Shown here: positions 56,483 to 64,000 of the stretch, piece after piece | How positions within the stretch are numbered: the first letter of the stretch is position 1 | How the letters are laid out: every line of letters starts with the position of its first letter | IMG/VR virus record: IMGVR_UViG_3300042691_022450 | Source of the DNA: a virus | Strand: one strand, 5' to 3' | Length of the DNA: 64,000 bases | The notes under the pieces: model-generated | What the model was told of the DNA's origin: nothing | Database searches by the model: none | Seen by the model: only the letters and a program-made list of their open reading frames with translations | Translations under genes and position numbers: made by a program

Positions 56483-58879
56483 ATGGCGTTAAATTTAGTA
56501 TCACCTGGCGTCAAAATTAGAGAAGTTGACTTAACTGTTGGTGGAATTACAGCTGGGTCAAATCAGGTGGGTGCTATTGCCGGACCTTTCCAAAAAGGTC
56601 CTGTCAATCAACCTATTTTAATTGAAACTGAAAATGATTTACTTAATGTTTTTGGAAAACCGATTTCTTCAGATTCTCAATATGAATATTGGTTGAGTGC
56701 ATCATCTTTTCTTTCTTATGGTGGAATTCTAAGAGTTGTAAGATGTGATGGTGACAATTTAAAAACAGCAAATGCTGGGGTTTCATCAGCATCAGCAAAT
56801 TTAAAAATTGAATCATTAGAAGATTATGATACTAACCATACTTCGGACACTCATTGGTATTGGGCATCAAGAAATCCAGGTTCTTGGGCAAACAAATTAA
56901 AAGTCTGTATCGTTGATAATCTTGCTGACCAAAGGATTTCAATTGCTACTACTGGTCTTGCTGTTGGTTGTGGAGTTAGTGCATCATACACAAGAACTTC
57001 TGCTGGTATAGGAACTACTTCATCGGAAACTGGAGTTTTAAAAGGAATTATCACACAAGTTAATGTTGGTTCAATAGACGTAAAAATTCTCAGCAAAAAT
57101 GTTGGTGGAGTTGATAGTGAAGTTTCTTATCAACAAGGTGGTACATACGAATTTAAGTCTTCAGATTCCATAGGAATTAATAGTGCAGGAACTCTCGTTA
57201 GAGTCAATTCATCAACAGTTACTAATATTTCTGCTGTAGTTGCAACTGCTTCATCCATTGTTCTTCCTGGTCCTAGTGTTACTGGTTCAACACCATTTGC
57301 AAGTGCTGGTTATTCAGTTGGACAAGTTGTAAGAACAGTTGCAGATAATGGAGTGCAAGTTCCACCTACTGCAATTGTTGGTTTTGGAACCACTAATGTT
57401 AATGGTTTGCAACAAGATACTTTACTTTTAGCAAGTAATTCTCCAGCTTCCAGTGGAACAACAACAATTGGTGTATTTAATGCAACCACAACTATATCTG
57501 CCCCTTCAGATTGGTATGATCAACAAACTCTTGGATTGACAAATTCAACTGTTTATTGGAAAAATATTGCACCAAGACCAGGAACATCTCAATATGCAGC
57601 AGAACGAAGTGCAAAAAATGACGAAATCAATATTGTTGTTGTAGATGATACTGGAGCAGTCACTAGTTCAGTTGGAAATATTTTAGAAAAATACCAAAGA
57701 GTTTCTAAAGCATCTGATGGTAAAATTTCTCCAAATCAAGCAATTTATTATAAAGATATCATTAGAGAACAATCTCAATATATTTTTGCAGGCATTGCAT
57801 CAACTGGTGTTAAAACTAAATTCTCTACTTTATCTGGATATTCTGCAGCAACTGACACTACTTGGGGATTAGAGGCACAAGGAAATACATTCAATTGTGT
57901 TGGAGCAAAAACTTACGAATTATCTGGTGGAGCAGATTATTCCGGTGTAACTAATAATGTTGGTGGTTATTCTGCAAGTTTATCAAATGTAATTACTGCT
58001 TATAGAAAATTTACAAATCCAGCAGAATACTCTATTGATTATTTAATTAGTGGTCCTTCAGGTGGAGCAACAATTTATGATTCACAAGCAAAGGCAAATG
58101 AGTTAATTGCAATTGCAGATTTACGTAAAGATTGTATTGCAGTTATTTCTCCACATAGAAGTGGAGTGGTTAATGTTTCAAACTCAGAAACTCAAACTAA
58201 TAATATAATTGAATTTTTTGGTCCATTGACATCATCTTCTTATGCTGTATTTGATGGTGGTTACAAATACACTTATGATAGATTCAACGGCACATTTAGA
58301 TACATCCCTTGTAATGCTGATATTGCTGGATTGATGGCAAGAACTTCTAATAATTCTTTCCCTTGGTATTCACCTGCAGGATCAAGCAGAGGAACAATTA
58401 ATAATGCAACTAAACTTGCATATAATCCATCACAAGAACAAAGAGATAGACTATACACAACAAGAATCAATCCAATTATATTCTCCCAAGGTGCTGGAAT
58501 TATTCTTTTTGGAGATAAAACTGCTTTATCTTATGCTTCTGCGTTTGATAGAATTAACGTTCGTCGTCTATTCTTAACCATTGAAAGGGCAATTGAAAGA
58601 GCAGCAAGAGCACAACTCTTTGAATTCAATGATTTGATTACTAGATCAAACTTTGTTAATATTGTTGAACCATATCTTCGTGACGTAAAAGCAAAAAGAG
58701 GTGTTTCTGATTATGTTGTAATTTGCGATGAAACTAACAATACTCCAGACATTATTGACTCCAATCAGTTTAAAGCTGACATTTATGTCAAACCAGCAAG
58801 AAGTATTAACTTCATTGGACTGACTTTTGTTGCTACTCGCACTGGAGTTAGTTTTGAAGAAGTTATCGGTACTGTTTAA
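56483..58879 (+). CDS. gp18: Tail sheath protein gp18
   Basis: SPGVKIREVDLT, PWYSPAG, FDRINVRRLF, KPARSINFI; TATAAATA at 56437. Confidence 0.97.
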   Translation: MALNLVSPGVKIREVDLTVGGITAGSNQVGAIAGPFQKGPVNQPILIETENDLLNVFGKPISSDSQYEYWLSASSFLSYGGILRVVRCDGDNLKTANAGVSSASANLKIESLEDYDTNHTSDTHWYWASRNPGSWANKLKVCIVDNLADQRISIATTGLAVGCGVSASYTRTSAGIGTTSSETGVLKGIITQVNVGSIDVKILSKNVGGVDSEVSYQQGGTYEFKSSDSIGINSAGTLVRVNSSTVTNISAVVATASSIVLPGPSVTGSTPFASAGYSVGQVVRTVADNGVQVPPTAIVGFGTTNVNGLQQDTLLLASNSPASSGTTTIGVFNATTTISAPSDWYDQQTLGLTNSTVYWKNIAPRPGTSQYAAERSAKNDEINIVVVDDTGAVTSSVGNILEKYQRVSKASDGKISPNQAIYYKDIIREQSQYIFAGIASTGVKTKFSTLSGYSAATDTTWGLEAQGNTFNCVGAKTYELSGGADYSGVTNNVGGYSASLSNVITAYRKFTNPAEYSIDYLISGPSGGATIYDSQAKANELIAIADLRKDCIAVISPHRSGVVNVSNSETQTNNIIEFFGPLTSSSYAVFDGGYKYTYDRFNGTFRYIPCNADIAGLMARTSNNSFPWYSPAGSSRGTINNATKLAYNPSQEQRDRLYTTRINPIIFSQGAGIILFGDKTALSYASAFDRINVRRLFLTIERAIERAARAQLFEFNDLITRSNFVNIVEPYLRDVKAKRGVSDYVVICDETNNTPDIIDSNQFKADIYVKPARSINFIGLTFVATRTGVSFEEVIGTV

Positions 58880-58898
58880 TTAAAAGAGGTAAAAACCA

Positions 58899-59576
58899 AT
58901 GGCAAATACAGAAAACCTTCTCCCATCAGTAAGAACTTTAAATGATTTTAAGAGCAGACTAACTGGAGGCGGAGCAAGACCTAATCTTTTTGAATGTGTA
59001 ATTAATTTTCCAAGTGCTGCCCTTCCTAGTAATATTGACGCAAATGCATTACAAGAAAAAACTAGATTTCTTGTAAAGGCAGCAAATTTACCTGCTTCAA
59101 CTTTGAGTGTAATTGATATTCCATTCAGAGGAAGAAATTTAAAAATTGCTGGTGACAGAACATTTGATCCTTGGACTATTACAGTAATAAATGACACTGA
59201 TTTTGTAATCAGAAATGCATTTGAAAGATGGATGAATTTTATCAACAAACACGAAGATAATTCTGGACAAATCAATCCAGTTGATTATCAAACAAATATG
59301 AAAGTACATCAACTTGGAAGAGCAATAGTTGGAAAAGATATGTCTAGTAATACAAAAATTCCGTATTTAAAGTCATATGAATTTTATGGGACATTCCCAA
59401 CTTCAATTAGTGCAATTGATTTGTCTTATGATTCAACAGATGTAATTCAAGAATTTACTGTAGATTTACAGGTTCAGTGGTGGGATGCCCTTAACGGAGA
59501 AACTCAAGATAGTATTCTTGGATCGGGAGATTTGGAAGAATTTAACGAATCTTCTGTAAGCAAAGGGATTTTTTGA
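58899..59576 (+). CDS. gp19: Tail tube protein gp19
   Basis: GGARPNLF, KAANLP, FRGR.LKIAGDRTF.PWTITV.ND. Confidence 0.96.
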   Translation: MANTENLLPSVRTLNDFKSRLTGGGARPNLFECVINFPSAALPSNIDANALQEKTRFLVKAANLPASTLSVIDIPFRGRNLKIAGDRTFDPWTITVINDTDFVIRNAFERWMNFINKHEDNSGQINPVDYQTNMKVHQLGRAIVGKDMSSNTKIPYLKSYEFYGTFPTSISAIDLSYDSTDVIQEFTVDLQVQWWDALNGETQDSILGSGDLEEFNESSVSKGIF

Positions 59577-59612
59577 ACAGTCTAAATAATAGATATAGAC
59601 TCAATTATTACT

Positions 59613-61283
59613 ATGGCTAAATTATTTGGATTTAAAATAAAGGATACGGGAGACAATAATTCTAAAGGGATTATGTCTCCCATTCCTCGTAATGAGGAAG
59701 ATAAATCCGATTTTTATATTTCTAGTGGTTTTTATGGACAATATGTAGATATTGAAGGTGTTTATAAGACTGAAGCAGATTTGATTAGAAGATATCGTGA
59801 GATGTCTTTGCATCCAGAATGTGATAGTGCAATTGAAGATATTGTGAATGAAGCAATAGTTTCCGACCTTAATGATTCTCCTGTAGAAATAGAACTTTCA
59901 AATCTTCCAGCATCTGATAAATTAAAAGATATTATCAGAGAAGAATTTAAGTATATTAAAGAGATTATGGACTTTGATAAAAAGTGCCACGAAATCTTTA
60001 GAAATTGGTATGTTGATGGAAGAATTTATTATCATAAAGTGATTGATTTAAAAAAACCAAATGAAGGCATAAAAGAAATTAGATATGTTGATGCCCTTAA
60101 AATTAAATATGTAAGGAAATTAAAAAAAGGGAATAATGATGCTTTTGGTGTTGATTATAGGCAATTTGTAAATGGAAAAAATAAAATTGATTTTTCAACA
60201 CAAGATCTTGAAGAGTACTATATTTACGATCCAAATGTTGGGTCTTCTCAAAATGCAACATATAAGTCATCAGATGTTAATAGTGTAAAAATCGCAAAAG
60301 ATGCTATTACTTACATAACTTCTGGTTTAGTTGATCGTAACAAACAAACCGTATTATCATTTTTACATAAAGCAATCAAATCACTCAATCAATTAAGAAT
60401 GATTGAAGATAGTCTTGTAATTTATAGACTATCTCGTGCTCCAGAAAGAAGAATTTTTTATATTGATGTTGGCAATCTTCCAAAAATCAAGGCAGAGCAA
60501 TATCTCCGTGATGTGATGAATCGTTATCGTAACAAGTTAGTATACAATGCAGACACTGGTGAAATTAAAGATGACCGAAAATATATGGCAATGCTTGAAG
60601 ATTTTTGGCTTCCAAGAAGAGAAGGTGGCAGAGGAACTGAAATCACAACTCTTCCTGGTGGTCAGAATCTTGGAGAACTTGCTGATATTGAATATTTCCA
60701 GAAAAAACTTTATGATTCTTTAGGTGTTCCCCCAACTCGTCTTGATGCTGGTGGAGGATTTAATCTTGGACGTTCATCAGAAATTCTTAGAGATGAATTA
60801 AAATTCACAAGATTTGTCGGAAGACTGAGAAAAAGATTTTCTCAAATCTTTATTGATATGTTGAAAACTCAGTTAATTCTTAAGAATATTGTAACACCAG
60901 AAGATTGGAAAACCTTAAGTGATCACATTCAATTTGACTATGTTTATGATAATCATTTTTCAGATTTGAAGAAAAATGAATTAATGAACGATAAGTTGGG
61001 TGTTGTTGCAGCAATGGAACCATATGTTGGTCGTTATTTTTCATCACAGTATGTAAGGTCAAAGATACTTGGTCAAACTGATAGTGAAATTTTAGAAATT
61101 GACAAGCAAATTAAAAAAGAAATTAAAGATGGAATTATTCCTGACCCATCTTTAGCAATGAATCCTATGATGGGTATGCCTCCTGGACAACCATCTTCAA
61201 ATAATTTTGGTAATATTCCACAAGAAGGTGGACTCACTGATGCCCAAACAGGAGTTGAATTGGGTAGTCAGGGAGAGATATAA
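59613..61283 (+). CDS. gp20: Portal vertex protein gp20
   Basis: YRLSRAPERRIFYIDVGNLP, EDFWLPRREGGRGTEITTLPGG, RDELKF. Confidence 0.97.
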   Translation: MAKLFGFKIKDTGDNNSKGIMSPIPRNEEDKSDFYISSGFYGQYVDIEGVYKTEADLIRRYREMSLHPECDSAIEDIVNEAIVSDLNDSPVEIELSNLPASDKLKDIIREEFKYIKEIMDFDKKCHEIFRNWYVDGRIYYHKVIDLKKPNEGIKEIRYVDALKIKYVRKLKKGNNDAFGVDYRQFVNGKNKIDFSTQDLEEYYIYDPNVGSSQNATYKSSDVNSVKIAKDAITYITSGLVDRNKQTVLSFLHKAIKSLNQLRMIEDSLVIYRLSRAPERRIFYIDVGNLPKIKAEQYLRDVMNRYRNKLVYNADTGEIKDDRKYMAMLEDFWLPRREGGRGTEITTLPGGQNLGELADIEYFQKKLYDSLGVPPTRLDAGGGFNLGRSSEILRDELKFTRFVGRLRKRFSQIFIDMLKTQLILKNIVTPEDWKTLSDHIQFDYVYDNHFSDLKKNELMNDKLGVVAAMEPYVGRYFSSQYVRSKILGQTDSEILEIDKQIKKEIKDGIIPDPSLAMNPMMGMPPGQPSSNNFGNIPQEGGLTDAQTGVELGSQGEI

Positions 61284-61309
61284 ATAAAAATAGTTAATTT
61301 TGCATAGTT

Positions 61310-61465
61310 ATGGAAGAATTAGTAGATATGATTGCTGGTGAATCATCACCATCAGATGTTTCTGATAAGATTAAAGAAATTCTTTTCTCAAAAGCTTCAG
61401 AAAAAATCAATTCGGTAAGACCAGAAGTTACCGCAACAATGTTTAATTTAGAAGATGAGGAGTAA
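61310..61465 (+). CDS. Small acidic protein after the portal gene (prohead-core position, 51 aa)
   Basis: MEELVDMIAGESSPSDVSDKIKEILFSKASEKI...; TATAAATA at 61279. Confidence 0.7.
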   Translation: MEELVDMIAGESSPSDVSDKIKEILFSKASEKINSVRPEVTATMFNLEDEE

Positions 61466-61471
61466 TAATAA

Positions 61472-62467
61472 GTGAATTTTGAAGATAATTCAAAAGATTT
61501 ATCTGATTTTTTTAATACTATTAGTTCGGGAAAACAAAAAAGAAAAAAAGAATTGCAAGAGACTGTAGGAGACTCTGTAAATGATTTTTTTCAAACCATT
61601 AGTATTGGCAAAAAAATAGAAAAAGAAAAAAAGGAGTCTTTAGTTGGGGACTCCTTTGAAACTCTTTTTTTGTCAAAACTTGAAGAAAGTAAAAAAGAAA
61701 TAAAAAAGAAAAAAATACAAGAACAAAAGACTGTAAAGGCATTTGAGGATTGGTTATATTCTGAGACACCAAAACAACAAGAACAAGTAATTGAAGATGT
61801 AATTGAAGAATCTTTGGATGAAGTTCTTGAAGTTTTGGAAGAATATAAAGAAGAACTTGAAAAACCCAAAGAAGACCTGATTGAAAAATCATTAGGTCTT
61901 CTTGCTGAACCAAGTGATGTTAAAGTTCAACAAGACCCATTAACTCCATTAGACCAAAAGTTCGCAACACTTGACGATTTACAGAAACATTACAAACTGT
62001 TTCTTTCTCGTATTCAACAACAACTATCAACAGTTGGTGGAGGTGGCGAAACCAGATTAAGATACTTGGATGATATTGTAGGCATCGCAACTAATTCTGG
62101 TGCTTATAATAATAAATTTTTACAATGGAATTCCACAACAAATCAAGCAGAGTTTGTTGATCCAAATGATGTTGGTGGCACAACAATTGTAAATATCTCT
62201 GGTATTACCACTTACTATCAGGCATCGAATGTTGATGATTATATTGGTGTAAGTGCAAATGTTCCAGTAACAATTGTATTGCCACAAATTCCTTCTTATG
62301 GAAAAAAACTCATCATAAAAGACGAGGGTAATAAGATTGCTACATACAATATAACAGTCCAGGCAGGTGCTGGAACAAGTGTAGAGAATGATAGTTCAGT
62401 TATTATGACTATCAATCATCAAAGTTTTACTTATTTTTACAATGGTTCAAATTGGTTTCTAATTTAA
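61472..62467 (+). CDS. Hypothetical virion-associated protein
   Basis: Charged N-terminus, GGGGETRLRYLDD linker, beta-rich C-terminal domain (DYIGV...IKDEG...YNGSNWFLI). Confidence 0.65.
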   Translation: MNFEDNSKDLSDFFNTISSGKQKRKKELQETVGDSVNDFFQTISIGKKIEKEKKESLVGDSFETLFLSKLEESKKEIKKKKIQEQKTVKAFEDWLYSETPKQQEQVIEDVIEESLDEVLEVLEEYKEELEKPKEDLIEKSLGLLAEPSDVKVQQDPLTPLDQKFATLDDLQKHYKLFLSRIQQQLSTVGGGGETRLRYLDDIVGIATNSGAYNNKFLQWNSTTNQAEFVDPNDVGGTTIVNISGITTYYQASNVDDYIGVSANVPVTIVLPQIPSYGKKLIIKDEGNKIATYNITVQAGAGTSVENDSSVIMTINHQSFTYFYNGSNWFLI

Positions 62468-62468
62468 T

Positions 62469-63845
62469 ATGTCACATAATCCTCTTCCACAACCAGCAGA
62501 TGTAGTAGTCATTAGTGCTGGTTCATCAGTAACAGAAGTTAATAGATTTCCAGTAGGTATTGGAACAACTGGGCAAGTATCAATCAATCTCAACAATTCA
62601 CCAGTCAGCACAGCAAATCCATTTCCAGTTACTCTACCACCAATAGCAACTGACGCATTTGGTAGACAAAGAATATCATCACCACTTACACTTTTTGATA
62701 GTTCGCACAGATATAGAGATAATAATCTTTGGAGTGGTTTAGTTGTTGGTACTGGTTCAACAGTTGGATTTGTAACAGCACAAGGTTTAGTAAATTTAAC
62801 TGTTGGTGTTGGAAGCACTGCATCAATCATCAGAGAAACTACAAAAGTATTTTCGTATCAACCAGGAAAATCATTACAAACATTAAATACATTTGTATTC
62901 AACCCAGCAAAAGCAAATCTTCGTCAAAGAGTAGGATACTTTGGTGCAGATAATGGAATGTATTTGGAACTTGATGAAACTAATTTATATTTTGTAGAAA
63001 GAACATATGTTCCAGGAATTACAACAGAAACAAGAGTAGCACAAGCAGACTGGAATATTGATACGATGCTTGGTGCTGGACATCTCAATCCATCTGGTGT
63101 CACATTAGATATTTCCAAAGCACAGATTATGTGGATGGATATTGAGTGGTTGGGACTTGGAACCGTAAGATTAGGATTTGTAGTTAATGGTAAGTTTATC
63201 CATTGCCATTCATTCCATCACGCAAATATTATCAATACAACTTATATCACAACAGCATCACTACCATTAAGATATGAAATTGCAAATACAGGAATTACAA
63301 CCAGTGCAAGCACACTTAAACAAGTTTGTTCTTCGGTAATTTCAGAAGGTGGTTATGAACTTCGTGGATTGCAACAAGCAGTTGGAACACCTGTTCAAAC
63401 ACCAGTCGATTTAACAACGGCAGGAACTTATTATACAGTTATATCAATTCGCCTTAAAGCAACACCAAATAGATTGGATGCAATTGTAATTCTAACTGCA
63501 CTTTCAATTCTTGGTATTACAAATAATGCAACTTATAACTGGCAAGTAAGAGCATCTGGAACATCTGTTGGTGGAACTTGGAATGATGCTGGTCTTGATA
63601 GTTCTGTTGAATATAAAATTGATGGTGGAACTTATACTGGTGGAAGAATATTAGCATCTGGATATTTGTACGGGTCTAATCAAGGTTCAACACCGGTTGA
63701 TATTCTTAAAGAGGCATTATTCAAGTTTCAGTTAGAAAGAGATGCATTAAATGGGACACCTTATGAACTTTCTCTCGTTGCTTCTTCCGATGCTAATGGT
63801 GCAGATATTCACGGGTCTATGGACTGGGAAGAAATTAGTAGGTAA
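62469..63845 (+). CDS. Hypothetical beta-rich virion protein
   Basis: DAFGRQR.S.P.TLFD, YQPGKS, EWLGLGTVRLGF, CSSVISEGG, WEEI end. Confidence 0.7.
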   Translation: MSHNPLPQPADVVVISAGSSVTEVNRFPVGIGTTGQVSINLNNSPVSTANPFPVTLPPIATDAFGRQRISSPLTLFDSSHRYRDNNLWSGLVVGTGSTVGFVTAQGLVNLTVGVGSTASIIRETTKVFSYQPGKSLQTLNTFVFNPAKANLRQRVGYFGADNGMYLELDETNLYFVERTYVPGITTETRVAQADWNIDTMLGAGHLNPSGVTLDISKAQIMWMDIEWLGLGTVRLGFVVNGKFIHCHSFHHANIINTTYITTASLPLRYEIANTGITTSASTLKQVCSSVISEGGYELRGLQQAVGTPVQTPVDLTTAGTYYTVISIRLKATPNRLDAIVILTALSILGITNNATYNWQVRASGTSVGGTWNDAGLDSSVEYKIDGGTYTGGRILASGYLYGSNQGSTPVDILKEALFKFQLERDALNGTPYELSLVASSDANGADIHGSMDWEEISR

Positions 63846-63887
63846 TACTAGATATTGATAAATAACTAATATAGTCCAATTATTACA

Positions 63888-64000
63888 ATGTCCGTATATA
63901 AGATTGTACAAAAAATTACGCCATTGACGATGACTGGTGCAGCAGTAACCAGTAATCCAATTGCTTTGAGGTCTGGTTTTTTGAGAATTGTTCCAGAACA
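63888..64000 (+). CDS. 5' part of a late gene (partial)
   Basis: TAAATA at 63859, ATG 63888, frame open to the window end. Confidence 0.6.
   Translation, partial: MSVYKIVQKITPLTMTGAAVTSNPIALRSGFLRIVPE

Larger units (their letters stand above)
20555..63864 (+). promoter_or_regulatory. Set of T4-type late promoters (TAAATA core)
   Basis: TAAATA/TATAAATA just upstream of gene starts at 20555, 20922, 31956, 34759, 39807, 49080, 51672, 53167, 56437, 59583, 61279 and 63859. Confidence 0.75.

Noticed and set aside
24508-63118. Minus-strand ORFs in the structural region (e.g. 32085..32519, 33579..34178, 50916..51467)
   Set aside because: Antisense shadows of Thr/Gly/Ser-rich + strand genes with biased codons.

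Overview
64 kb from a large T4-like cyanophage (cyanomyovirus, Kyanoviridae-type organisation). All credible genes are on the + strand. (1) 1-17.2 kb is an early/accessory region of about 60 mostly small, often very acidic ORFs. It includes tRNA-Arg(TCT), a CAAD/CurT-like membrane protein, a metallophosphoesterase, two HNH nucleases, an SF2 helicase, ArdA-like and DUF2786 proteins and a stray tail-collar gene. It is divided into modules by 15 copies of a 22-bp palindromic element (GTGCCA-N10-TGGCAC family); in 14 of them the element sits 29-31 bp upstream of a -10 box. (2) 17.2-18.5 kb is a ~1.3 kb non-coding control region. It holds an AT-rich tract, a divergent pair of the same palindrome promoters, six perfect and one near-perfect cyanobacterial-type DnaA boxes (TTTTCCACA) within 177 bp, and iteron-like repeats, which together resemble a host-like oriC. 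(3) 18.5-64 kb holds conserved cyanophage genes, speD and the late structural module, with TAAATA late promoters: gp25, gp6, an apparently split gp7 interrupted by two fibre genes, gp8, a VrlC-like protein, gp13-gp20 and further virion genes. All family assignments come from motif recognition by eye; no database searches were run.
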